DNA of 59,219 bases, filler included, from Sphacelaria rigidula (lineage: Eukaryota): assembly GCA_964200075.2 (NCBI GenBank). It is 8 parts of 8 records of this genome, joined end to end, with 100 filler letters (N's around TTAATTAATTAA, not from the genome) between each part and the next. Parts side by side here need not be neighbours in the genome. Positions count along the whole stretch, not along the records: positions 37,076 to 44,390 come from CAXNAA020015484.1; positions 44,491 to 51,805 come from CAXNAA020015485.1; 6 more parts are not named here. One strand, written 5' to 3'. Of this stretch, positions 38,349 through 50,091 are shown one piece after another; position 1 is the first letter of the stretch, and each line of letters starts with the position of its first letter. A program made the position numbers and the translations under genes. Below the pieces are notes generated by a model. It saw only the letters and a program-made list of their open reading frames with translations, made no database searches and was not told the DNA's origin.

Positions 38349-38834
38349 GGCCGGATGTTATTATGGCAAACAGATTTTTGGCCCACGGATTGTTCACTTT
38401 TGGGACGTTTGACCCACCTTTTGATCCCCAAACAGGGAAAACCACCAACACACGTCTCGGACACTTTGCATCACCCCACAGAGAGGAGCCTGGTCTGCTT
38501 TTCAGATTCGCTTGGCTCCGAGGTTTCGAGATCGGCCGCTCATGAAAAAATCGCGGGAAAAAATCTGTGCTTGCCGACCCCCGCCAGTTTGCCCAATAAC
38601 CTGTGGATCGGCAAGCACAGATTTTTGCGCACGAATTTTTGTGCAGCGGCCAATCCCGAAACCTCGGAGCCCAGCGAATCTGAGAAGCAGACTGGGCTCC
38701 TCTCTGTGGGGCGATGCAAAGTGTCCGAGTCGTGTGCTGGCGGTTTTCCCTGTTTGGGGGTCGAAAGGTGTATAAAACGTCCCAAAAGCGAACAATTCGT
38801 GGGCCAAAAAATCTGTGTGCCATAACATCCGGCC
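38349..38834. mobile_element. PIF/Harbinger-like foldback MITE (486 bp)
   Basis: GGCCGGATGTTA...TAACATCCGGCC, almost wholly palindromic, TAA/TTA flanks; copies at 6993 and 39668. Confidence 0.85.
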
Positions 38835-39905
38835 TTAGGTCGGATGTTGTGGTAACAGACAGATCTTTGGCCCCGGATCTTCAAAATTCGTGTGACACCC
38901 ATGTTATGGGTACAGGTTTATCGAAATTTCGAGTGAAAAAATCCGTGGCCAAGATTCGGGGCCCGAGTCCCACAGATTTTTGGGCAAACTGGCGGGGGTC
39001 GGCAAGCACAGACTTGCACACGGATTTTTGCGTTTTGGCCGGCAGACCATCATAATGGGGTCAGGCCGCGTTTTTCTTGGATGTGCCGACGTGCTGGCTG
39101 CGCCTCTGTGAGTGATCCTGTCGACAACAACCAACAACACACGAAGCAACCACACGCCGCAGCCGATGCATCATTGAGCCAGCTTCGCGTGTACGAGACT
39201 TAAGACGACACGCCTTGTTCGTCGGTCTCCTGGCCAAAGCAGTGCAAAGACGTTGAGAGAGTAGACTTGTATGTGATGCGGACTGTCGCTGTCTGGCGGG
39301 TAGTTCTGCGATCAATCTATGAAGGATTCAAATTTAGCAGCAACGAGGGGGTTATGGTCGCTTACTTATGTGCTCGAAAGAACCAGCACTGGTGTTAGTG
39401 GGATGGGGATGACCTCTCTGCGGCAGTGACGCTACATCACTACAGCACGCTACAACACACGAGACACCTCGGGACTGTGAGCTTTTGAAACACACTAAAC
39501 ATACAACTCGAAACCCTGGCGGAGGTATACAAATCAGAACAGTATGGTATGAAAATCTACGTGCTGCCATAATATCGTTCCCGAAACCAAATTGGCCGCG
39601 GATTTGTTCCGCCAGAATTCAAATATCTGTGGGCCAAAAATCTGTGTGCCATAACATCTGGTCTAAGGCCGGATGTTATGGCACACAGATTTTTGGCCCA
39701 CGGATTGTTCACTTTTGGGACGTTTGACCTACCTTTTGACCCCCAAACCAAGAAAACCGCCAACACACGTCTCGGACACTTTTCATCACCCCACAGAGAG
39801 GAGTCTAGTCTGTTTTTCGGTTTCCCTTGGCTCCGAGGTTTCGAGATTGGCCGCTGTACAAAAATTCGTGCGCAAAATCTGTGCTTGCCGACCATCGCCA
39901 GTTTG

Positions 39906-40928
39906 GGCAACTCTATCGGGAGCCGTTCAAAGTCCCTATCGAAAATTGTCTGTTGGGCCCTTTTCCCTCGATTTACACCCGAAAAGAGGGCTAGGCGGAT
40001 ATTCCCGCATTGGAATCACTTGCTCTACTCGTCGAGTCCATTCTGGGGCAACTTTACATTTCCCGCTGGCCGCACTTTTGTTTTTGCCCAAATGAGGTCA
40101 ATCATGGATTTTCACTACAAAATGGTCAGGTAATCAAAATTTCTTCCGTTTTTTTATCGCTTGGCCGTTTTTACTGAAAATCCGAGTGTGACCTGTGACG
40201 GTTCAAGAGACAACCAACTAGACTACTGACCAGTCAGACTGGTCAAGAGTCTAGTTGGTTGTCTCTTAAACCGTCACAAAAGTTAGTCGTGGCGGTTCAA
40301 TCCCCGTCACTTTCGCTCCGAGGAGGGCAACTCCCCTTCCTAGCGCTCTATCGACTGCCATCAGGACCTCTAGTGTTGTCGCTTTCACCTTATTATCCTT
40401 GAGTTTCTCGTCTCCCCCACTCACTCCAAGAGTGTGTGCACTAGGGTCCATAACAGTACACCCCATACATCCTGTGCTGCAGCAGCTGTGCGCACCAGGC
40501 TATACCCCACTCTTTTCTCCTTGGGCCAATTTTTTTCTGAGGTTTTCTCTCCTTGGGGGCGATTTTTTACTGGGGTTTCTCTCCTCTTTTTTCTTCAAAG
40601 AAAGTGCGTTCAACGGGAATCGAACCAGCGACTAACTTTTGTGACGGTTTAAGAGACAACCAACTAGACTACTACCAACCAACTAGACTACTACTGACCA
40701 GTCAGCGCTGACTGGTCCGTAGTAGTCTAGTTGGTTGTCTCTTAAACCGTCACAGACCAAATGTAAAAGTACGGCAAGCGGGAAGTGCAAAGTTGCCCTG
40801 GAACGGTCTCAATGAGTAGAGCAAGTCATTCCAAGGGGTCAACAACCATCTAGCCCTCTTTTCGGGCGTAAATCGACGGAGAAGGACCCAAAAGAAAGTG
40901 TTCGACAAAAATTTCGAACGGCACGCCC
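39906..40928. mobile_element. Long-TIR MITE carrying a nested insertion
   Basis: Arms match 40932-41410; interrupted at 40194-40754. Confidence 0.7.
40194..40754. mobile_element. Non-autonomous TGT..ACA element with 4-bp TSD and hairpin TIRs (Ginger-like or TRIM-like)
   Basis: GACC on both flanks; each end is a self-complementary TGTGACGG...CCGTCACA unit followed inward by a tRNA T-arm-like sequence. Confidence 0.8.
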
Positions 40929-40931
40929 TGA

Positions 40932-41410
40932 GGCCAACCCTAGTGGGAGCCGTTCAAATTTCTGTCGAAAAATTGTCTGTTGGGCCCTTCTCTGTCGATG
41001 TATACGCCCGAAAAGAGGGCGAGGCGGATGTTAACGCCTTGAAATCACTTGCGCTACTCGTTGAGACCGGTCTAGGGTAACTTTGCATTTTTTCCCGCTG
41101 GCCTAACTTTTGTTTTTGGCCAAATTAGGCCAAACATGGATTTTCAGTGAAAAACGTTCAGGTGATCAAAATTTCTCCCTGTTTTTTTTATCGCTTGACC
41201 ACTTTTTGTTACAAAATAGGTGTGTGGCCAAAATTGAAAGTGCGGCAAGCGGGAAATAAATGCAAAGTTGCCGTGGAACGGTCTCAATGAGTAGAGCAAG
41301 TCATTCCAAGGCGTCAACATCCACCTAGCCCTCTTTTCAGGCGTAACGACGGAGAAGAGCCAAAAAGGCCGTTTTCGACAAAAATTTCGAAGGGCTCTCA
41401 TTAGAGTCGA
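40932..41410. mobile_element. Long-TIR MITE, uninterrupted copy
   Basis: GGGAGCCGTTCAAATTT...AAATTTCGAAGGGCTCTC. Confidence 0.7.
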
Positions 41411-41477
41411 TCTTTTTACTAGCATAATAATTAAGTCGAAGCCTCCTAGTTAAGACAGGCCTTAGGACACGGCCTCA

Positions 41478-41848
41478 GTGTTTGTGTGTGTGTTCCGTTC
41501 CATCTGTTCTGGACGCCGGTCTATACACCTTTCGGTATATGTGGGCGCACCAGCCGGGCGGGTCACACAGGAGGAAGGTCACGCCGGGGTTTTTCCATTT
41601 TTGTTTGTTTTCAGTTCTCCACCTCCCTTCTGCGGTGCTTGCCTTTATTATTTTATCGCGAGAGTGGTTTTCAGTAATCCCTTTTCCTCGTCGACCGCCA
41701 AGTCAATTTTGTGTACCCACGACATATTATAGTCGCTCTCCACTGTTGGGCATTATGTGAAAAAAATCCCAGATCGTTCCAAAATTTGAACCCGTTACCC
41801 AACCGAAAGAAGGTGTTGAGATTACCAACTGAGCCACCGAGGCGTGAC
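41478..41848 (-). mobile_element. tRNA-derived SINE (family A), full length
   Basis: Head GGTGGCTCAGTTGGT..GGGTTCAAAT, body shared with 56620-56850, (CA)-rich tail. Confidence 0.8.
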
Positions 41849-43341
41849 AAAGACAGGTACCGACCCAAGGTAGTATACATACGATACACGCAGGGACTCC
41901 TTAGATTCCAGTAAGTACAAAGTAGGTCTCCTACAGTTCAATCGGTCTCACACGGATCTTTCGTAGTGTAGGTGCCTTTTTTTCGTGTAGATGTTTTGTT
42001 TTTCGCCTTCTTCTGCGGGCTGTTTGTGTTATGGGTATGAGTAGTATGCTCCTTGCACTCTGTGACCACGGATGAGAAATCGAGCTGATGTAACGGATAT
42101 AATGATAATGCGGTGATGATTAAACACGAGTCTTTTTACGACAGCTCCTCCCCAAAACTAGCCCATAACTAACCATCGTTACTCATAGTATTATGGACAT
42201 ACAGCCTACAACGCCTGATGATGATGTTTGGATTCAGGCTGACTGATGAGGCGCCTCATATGGGCGACGTTGGCGAAAACGAACCCAAGCGTGATTGGGA
42301 TTCCCCCCTGCTGCTCGTTGTGCTCGGTTTTTCTTCTCTCGATTAACGTGTAGATTTTTCCTCCACAGGTGGACATTTGCTCTTCTCGCCGCAAAGCTGC
42401 ACATCGTTGAGGGTGTGTAGAGGGTTGCAACAGGTGGTTCCGGGCCTTGTACAGAGGGTATGTAGAGGCTATGAACAACGTTTTCGTGAGATTGAGAGCA
42501 GAGCGCTGATTGAGAGTGGCTTTGTGATCATTCGGTTTAACCTGACCATTTTTCTTTTGTGTGTGTATTTCTTTCCCTCTATCACTAGCGTGTGCATACA
42601 GCTACACGTAGATATCCTACTCGGGGATATCAAGGGCGTCAGTGGCAAGCTACTACAGAAAGCGTATTGGGCCTCGTGGAGGGGCATTTCGGAACTGAAA
42701 CGATTCATTCGCTAATTGACCGCTTTTCACTCTCAATCGCATCCTCTACTACTACTCTCAATCTCACGAAAACGCTGTTTATCGTGGAGTAAGTATCGTA
42801 CAGTACACACACTGAACTCTAATGATGAAAGTCGCACCTGCTCTCTGACTTGCGGCCTTGGGATCTCGAGTCAATGGATAAGTTCGAAATGAACGTTCAA
42901 AGGCGCTTATACCCCTCGGTGAAGGACAGCTTTCAAGTGAGTCACGTGGGCGTTCGATCCTGTATTACTAGGGTCACAAAATACGGGAGGCTAAATCGTC
43001 ATTCCATTTTCCCGAACGATGGTAAAACATCGTTGGTTGTGACTGTTCAAAACGAAAAAGTCTGGTGGAGAACAATTTTTTTTATCTGATACATATGTGT
43101 GTGTGTACAGGTCGTGATTTCCTTCAAAAAAACTCCGTGGCAGTTGAAATCACAACCGCTTGCTATCAAACTGTGTTCCCTTTTTCCAAAAAATAATAAT
43201 TCGACCCCAACCCCAGTATGTCTTTCCCTTGCCCTGAAAATAAAATTCAATCATCCATGGACCAAACATCCAACCAACAATCCCAATCCCAACCGATTAA
43301 TTAATCAATTAATATCAGAAATATGTATGCTTCTACTTTTT

Positions 43342-43556
43342 AGAGGTATCTCAAACTCGGCTCCCGGTATCCTGGTTTATTCCCTGGCTCTGAGGTGTGT
43401 GCTGTTTTTTCAAGTGAAAATGATCGCGATTCATGAGAGGACCTGAGCTGGCCGTCAAACGGTCTCATCATCTATCTGATGAATTGGCATCACTTTCACT
43501 TGAAAAAATAGAACAAAATAAACCAGGATATCGGGAGTCGAGTTTGAGATACCTCT
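43342..43556. mobile_element. MITE AGAGG..CCTCT family
   Basis: TIR AGAGGTATCTCAAACTCGGCTCCCGGTATCCTGGTTT; copies at 44007-44220 and 57803-58012. Confidence 0.85.
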
Positions 43557-43599
43557 ATTATGCTAGCAAAGTAATAATTTCATGCTAGTAATGCGTTAG

Positions 43600-43805
43600 C
43601 CCTTAGACCGCGAGGGTAGTACATCTGAGCCTCGCATACCTTTTCAAGTGAAGTTGATGTCGATTCAACAGATGACCTACTACTCTCGTCGGCTACGGGT
43701 TAACTCTTGGACCGCGGTGGGGGTAGTCCGACTAGATTATGCATAATTTTATCAAGTGAATATTGATGCCGATTACGCAGGTGACTTACCCTCGCGGTCA
43801 AAGGG
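43600..43805. mobile_element. piggyBac-like MITE
   Basis: CCCTTAGACCGCGAGGGT...ACCCTCGCGGTCAAAGGG flanked by TTAG/TTGA; relative at 54801-54898. Confidence 0.6.
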
Positions 43806-44006
43806 TTGAGTAAAGCGCTAGTGAAGGCGTTCGATCCTGTATTGTAACCGTACGAGATGACGGTTACAATGTACGGGAGGCTAAATCACTATTTCACTTT
43901 CCCGAACGAAAGTAAAACATCGTTCGTTGTGACTGTCCAAAACGAAAAAGTGTCGAGAACAAAAAAATATAGTTATGATCTGATATATAGAGAGAGGTAT
44001 ATGTAT

Positions 44007-44220
44007 AGAGGTATCTCCAACTCGGCTCCCGTATTCTGGTTTATTCGCTGGCTCTGAGTTGTGTATTATTTTTTCAAGTGAAAGCGATCGCGATTATTCA
44101 TAGGAGGACCTGACCTGGCGGTCAAAGGGTCTCATTATCTGATGAATCGGCATCATTATCAGTTGAAAAAAGGAGGACGAAACAAACCAGGATACCGGGA
44201 GCCGAGTTCGAGGTACCTCT
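44007..44220. mobile_element. MITE AGAGG..CCTCT family, TAT TSD
   Basis: Inserted in the second copy of a local duplication; the empty site is visible near 43105. Confidence 0.85.
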
Positions 44221-44327
44221 TATAGGTCGTGATATCAACCATCGCATCTTCAAATTTTAAAAAACTACGTGATAGTTGAGATCACAACCGCTAGCTATTA
44301 TCATATTTAGGCTTTTACTCGAAGCCG

Positions 44328-44390
44328 GTCGCCCCGGTGGCTCAGTTGGTAACCTCGTAACCTGCTGACGGTTGAGTTGTGGCGTTCGAT
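44328..44390 (+). mobile_element. SINE family A head, cut by contig end
   Basis: GTCGCCCCGGTGGCTCAGTTGGTAACCTCG...GTTCGAT. Confidence 0.65.
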
Positions 44391-44490
44391 NNNNNNNNNN
44401 NNNNNNNNNNNNNNNNNNNNNNNNNNNNNNNNNNTTAATTAATTAANNNNNNNNNNNNNNNNNNNNNNNNNNNNNNNNNNNNNNNNNNNN
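44391..44490. other. Artificial contig spacer
   Basis: N44-TTAATTAATTAA-N44. Confidence 0.99.
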
Positions 44491-45444
44491 TCTTAATAAT
44501 AATAATAATAGTAATAATAAAAATAATAATAATAATGATGATAATAATAATAGAATCCATGTGTGGAAGTCTATGCACCGTTTCCACACACCGCACTGCC
44601 GTTTTTCCTACACGCACAACTCACAGGCGTTCGTCGGCTTTCTAGTTTGCGCGGTCGGAGTCATCGCTAGTGCAGGGTCATTGCTTCCGATTAGGGGAGC
44701 GGCGGGCGGAGGCAAATCGCTGGACGCGGCGGAGTCCACTCGCGGCTTTCAAGTCTTCCACCACAGGGGGAGATCCCTCCGAAAACGCTTGGAGAGCAGG
44801 GGTCGTGGGGGTCGGTGACCCTGCCGTTCATGAGATGAATGCCGTGTGCCTGGAACAGGCGCTGCCGTCTCCGCGCCGTTGGTTTTTGCGTTTGTGTGTG
44901 TAGGTGAACGTTTTTTTTTTCTGGCATTCGGAGCTATCCTTTTCTTCTTCTAGATTTCGGATTTTGGTTGTTTGAAGCGCGCTCATCACAATAGGGAAGG
45001 GCTACGGTACCGCGAGCATTTCTGAATGTAGGGGATACGGAGTGGTGGCGGTCAGGTGGGTAGCCAGGGGTTAGCGGAGTGGGTGTAAAGGAGTAATGAG
45101 GGCGTTTTGAGGGGTTTTTCGCGCATCTCAACCCCCCATCGAAGCGTCGTTTCAAATATGCCGTGACCGTGGCTTGATCAGAGATGGAGAGTGTTTTTTT
45201 TCTTGTGTTCTCGCCCGCCGTGTATTGTTCGGCCAGATGCTGTGTGCCGAGTCGCACTCGGTGTGAACTTCAACACGCGTGGTTGATTGATTGCAGGGTG
45301 GGTGACCGCTAGTAGGGCTGCGCGAACCCGGATTTGAGAAACAGCATAACACGCGAGTTCTTCCGCCGTTTGTGAATGCTGTGTTATGAAGCGGGTACAA
45401 TTGCCATCTTTTGATGGTCGAGGGTTCGTTAACTCTTCACAATC

Positions 45445-45860
45445 GGCCACATCGAGAGAAGACTCTTCTTCCGTAGTGATCAGAAGGTCCCGGGTTCGAA
45501 TTCCGACTTGCTCACGTCATGAATTTGCAAAATCTCCTACATTACAGCGGGTGGCAAGGAGCGCATATATAGAGGTATAAGTTTTTTTCCTTGAAAGGAG
45601 GAAGCCTTCCCCAACACTTACCCCGCCAACGTCTCCGTGTGCCGACTGCCTGGGGGCTTGGCTAGACCACCGTGTGGCTGGCACTTTTTTTTTCCGTGAC
45701 GGTAGGAGGAGGAAACCCAACCCAACGTTTACCCTGCAAGCGAGTTTCGCAAGCGAGTTCGTGTGCCTATTACCCGAAGGCTCGGCTAGACCACCTCGCG
45801 GCAGTCATGTGGGGAAGGCGCCTCGAGCGGCGGCTCAAGGCAGTGTGGGGGATGCTCCCA
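45445..45860 (+). mobile_element. tRNA-derived SINE-like repeat (family C)
   Basis: B-box GGGTTCGAATTCC near 45492; 3' part homologous to 13355-13490 (reverse). Confidence 0.5.
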
Positions 45861-48039
45861 TTAAAACCCTCTATTAAGTTGTGCACGCGCCGCCCTGCTC
45901 TAGATCGCTTCGGCCCTGGTGACGGTCATATGGGTCATGAGCCTCGGGCGTTCGGAAACAAGCTTTCCGCCAGATTGAATGTTTGGCATTCGATTGAGTG
46001 TGACCTTTTGATTCTTTTTCACTTGAACAATAACTGAAAATGATACCGATTCCACGAACGGATATTTAGCACCGAAGAGGGTCTCCTCGAAATCGGGGTT
46101 CGACATTGCGGTGAGGTTGAACCTGCATTTGAAATTTTCACACTGACAGTTTGGACGAGGGAGACACTGTCTCCCAGCGTATTTGTTTTCAGAGCGGAGC
46201 AGGTGTGGCTCGGTGCACCCCATCGCCGCATCTTGTGATGTATGCGTGTCTTGTCTGTCGCGCAGATCAGTGCAAACATCAATTCCTTCCTGGCTTCTTT
46301 TTTGGATAGGACGTGCCGCTGTGGGTTACAGAACACGTCGTCGAAAAACAGGGCAGTGTTCACGTTACCGCTGCCGTGCTCAATGACGGATGCGCCAAGA
46401 TCCACTTGGCGGTCAGGGGTGTTATCGTAGATATCATGATGTATGCCGTGCTGCCAGGACAGCAGTACAGATTACGGCTAGGGGCATGTAGTATAGAGCC
46501 CACGCCCATAAAAACTTTCTTGGCATGTCTAGGAAAACAAAATTCCCGTGGCGATGGAGTAGCGGTTGTTGGCGTGGCCCCCACGGGGGGCTGACGTACT
46601 GTACGCTATGAGCTGCGGAGCGCTGTTTCATGTTCAGTCCATGCGCACTGTGGGGAGGGGTACTACTGCCTATACCTTCAATTTTTCGGTCGTTCTTCAC
46701 TCTGCCGAGAACACGGTATCTTACAAATTGGGGATGAGGAACCCGGAGAATTAAAATCTTGGTATCCACACCGAATCTTCGAAATATGGTTCCATTTCTT
46801 CACCCACTAATAGCTATTGACAATAACTGATACGCGCTAAAGAAATTTGGATTTCGATCATCGCAATGTTGGGGTCCTAGATGAAAACACAATGTTGTTA
46901 TGTTGTTATCAAGCAATGCATCCTCTTGTAAGCACGTTGGTCAGGCCAGGTCCTTGGCAGGATCAGTCCTCTCAGATTCACGTTTTGATTGTGTCCAGAA
47001 TAGTTAACACCACAATAGCTTCACGCAGTAAGCTATACCCACTTGGTACAAAAGGCTCTTGTCCACTCGTATTTGTTATCGCTCCGTTCAATGCTCTCTC
47101 AGCTGCTCTCCGGCTATAGCAATTGCTTAGCAGTCAGCTCCACCTTAGCGACTAAACGGCACGGCTCGGGAAAAGCCGTACCTGTACCTTTTATCAGTCT
47201 CACATCCGGCCTAGTCAAGCTTGATCAGGCCCGCAACTATAAAATCCCAGATTTGATCATGAGCGCCTCCTAGCTTCATGACACTCGCCCACTCAGACGA
47301 ACCTCTATCACAGTTGCGATGAGAAATCTCGAAAAGCAACGAACTCAAAGTCATGAGCGACAAGGAAGGCGAACTCAAAGCAATAGAAGCACTCGGCCGA
47401 AGTGGCTGAAAAAAAGAAGGTACATCCCAGACGACGAGGGCAACATTCACTCCGTTGCCCGATCCTCCCACATCTCAAACAAGGTAAGCGAAATCTGCTA
47501 CCATAAAGCGCAAGTGCGCTTGAAGACGCAGGAGCACACAATGCTGCTGCGGGCTAGCGAACTAAACAGACGAACACAAGATGCTTCGACGTGCTAGCCA
47601 GAATAAAGAGGCAAAAGGGACATCATACCAGGGGCACAACGTCTACGTGGGTGGTACCAAAGTCAACCGCCGAAAGGTCAATCACATGCGGCGAGCGTAT
47701 GGTGGTTGAGGAAAGCAAGGGAATAAACAACTTCAAGACTGCAAGGGGTCCAGTACCAGTCATACCAGTCAAAAGCGAGAATACGAAAAGCTCCAGTAGC
47801 CGAGAATGAAGGTGCTTCAAGCAAGTTCCGTTCATGGTCCGATGTTGTGCGCTGAGGAGGCTCCTGTTGCCGGCTGTTGAAGGAGTTGGTGGGCGGCGCT
47901 GGTGTGCCCTGAGTGGTGGGAAAAGGAAAAAAAAGAAAAAAATGTAAAGGACAACGGCAGGGGAAGAGAAGAGAAGAAAAAGGAAAAATGTCGAGGAGGG
48001 GGAGGCAAGAGGTCTGTGTAAGCTCAATGCGGTGCGTTT

Positions 48040-48620
48040 ATATCATGTGTGCGATCGATGTTATGTTGGATTCCGCGGCGGAGGCCTTTGGACTTGAGCC
48101 GCTGAAGACACCAAGATCCTTTCGGTGCGGATGGACTTGTGGTATAAAGCTCTGGGCGGAGGTTGAGCTGCACGGGTCCGGGGTCATCGATGAAGCGCAA
48201 GATGTATGTGTCAGGCGCGGTTAGGTCTGTGGAGTGGGTCTGTCCCAGCCACCAGAGGTTATTGCTGCCTTTGTACCGGAGGTAGGCGCCCTTGGGGAGG
48301 ATTTCCTGTTTCGCGCGGTCTTTTCATGCCAATGCTTGGTAGCTATCAATTCATAGCCATCGGCGACAAAGCGCAAACTTTTCTCACGGTGAAGTTCGCG
48401 TGTTGCTGCGCCGCGGCGCATGTTGCGATATTTCTTGTTGTTAGCAAGATGTTGCTGTTGAGGTTGTGTCCAGTACAGAAGAATAGCTCGGCGGTGCAGC
48501 TGCAGGTCGGATTCGCGTTCCCAAGACGCTCTCCGAAGGCCCTGCCAGTGAGTTTTGTACATGACAGCAATGTTACTGATACGGACAAACTGTATAGTAG
48601 CGTCTCTAGCTTGGGTCCGT
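48040..48620 (-). mobile_element. Ty3/gypsy (chromovirus-like) pol C-terminal fragment
   Basis: QFVRISNIAVMYKTHWQGLRRASWERESDL resembles the chromodomain pattern Y..KW.G....TWE.E..L; frameshifted downstream. Confidence 0.65.
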
Positions 48621-49323
48621 GCATTAGTTCGTTTTTACTACTGTCTCAATTGTTATGGTTACCATGATCGCTGCTCAAGCACTGTGATGACGGATCTTCA
48701 CAAGACGGGGCATGAAGTTAAATTTCCTACTTTAACCAAACATGCGGCATATTCATCCATGTGCAGTACAGTATGCAGTGATTGGTACGTACTCGCTCAC
48801 CATTTGTCGCCGGGCAAAACGGTTTTCCAGCACAAGGGATGATCAGTTTAACGAGGAACAGCTCATCCTGAATGTCAGGGTACCTCAGCCTCAGGATCGA
48901 TTCAGTTTCTCCCTTTCAGTGGAGGTTTTGAATCTCATGTCTCAGGCCACTTCGTTTCCTTCCATAGGAGTAAAACCCAGGGGGCCGGCTTTGACCGATT
49001 CTAAAAAAACCGAGTTCAAGCCGGATGTAAAGAGGCATGTTAATGCAACCGTCTTTGTACGGGCTCAAACATCCTCCCCCCTGATTGCGGCACATTGCCA
49101 GTTCCCGCAGTCAGCCCTCCGGGGCTTTTCCATCAGAATAGATGGGCCCATCATACTGCCCTTCCTCCATGTATGCCGCGATCCATAACATTACCCCCTC
49201 AGGCCTAGGGTTGACAAATCCTGGGGCTGAACGTGGTTCGACGATGGATCGCCGCGTTACCACCTTCCTCGTCCTCGAGTATTCGGCGTTGGTTTCGTGT
49301 AGCCGTCGATCTTAGACTGTTTT

Positions 49324-49677
49324 GCCGAGTTAGACCACGTAGGGAATTCAAACACCGTGCAGAACAATCTCAAACAGTTTCAGCAACTCCCGCTCTTCTT
49401 TTAGATCCCTCTGCCGGGTTAGGCCACGTAGGGAATTTGAACACCGTACAGAAACGATCCCATCCAATTCGAAGAAGTCCTTGACCTGTTGACCGCTCTG
49501 CTGGATTAGACCACGTAGAGAATTTAAACCCCGTACAGAAACGATCCCATCCAGTCCGGAGAAAGCCTTGATCTTGTTGACCGCTCTGCCGGGTTAGACC
49601 GCGTAGAGAATTTAAACACCGTACAGAAACGACCCCATCCAGTCCGGAGAAGTCCTTGATGTTGTTGACCGCTCTGG
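49324..49677. repeat. Tandem repeat, ~88-bp unit x4
   Basis: Units start at 49324, 49413, 49500 and 49588 (GCCGGGTTAGACCACGTAG.GAATT.AAACACCGTACAGAA...). Confidence 0.9.
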
Positions 49678-50091
49678 GCTGTCCGTAAACCGTTTGCGGA
49701 TCTTGGTACATCGGAGAATCTACCGCGTAATTGGGCCCCTTTCTGCTCGAGATGGTGTATCAGATGGACGTGGCCTGGTCTGCGGTTGGTATAATTCCCA
49801 CAAGGCATGAAACACATCGAACTGTAACGCAGTGTATTACAATCTCCAGGATTAAATAGTCACGAGGGCGGTGTCTGCAAGCAACATTCTCAGTCATCAA
49901 CGGCGTGAGAAACGATGGAACTAGTAACATGAATAGCAGCGCTTCACCAGTATAACGATAGCGAACAAACAAATAAAGGGGAAGGAGAACGAAGGGAACA
50001 GCAATATTATAGGACACAACAGGTTCACGCGTGTGCCTTTGGCTAGGGTACCACGTATCGGGGACAGCTAGGTATAAATTCATGGACCCCC

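Noticed and set aside
42243..42280. Hammerhead ribozyme (CTGATGAG...GAAA)
   Set aside because: Six extra nucleotides lie between stem II and GAAA, and no convincing stems I and III form; candidates at 1434 and 8075 (minus strand) also fail.
44328..44390. tRNA gene
   Set aside because: No proper anticodon or acceptor pairing; the sequence matches SINE heads at 33836 and 41848.
46480..46530. SET domain from a GRGLY motif
   Set aside because: Flanked by stops, no NHSC or ELxxDY motifs, and an alternative frame is equally plausible.
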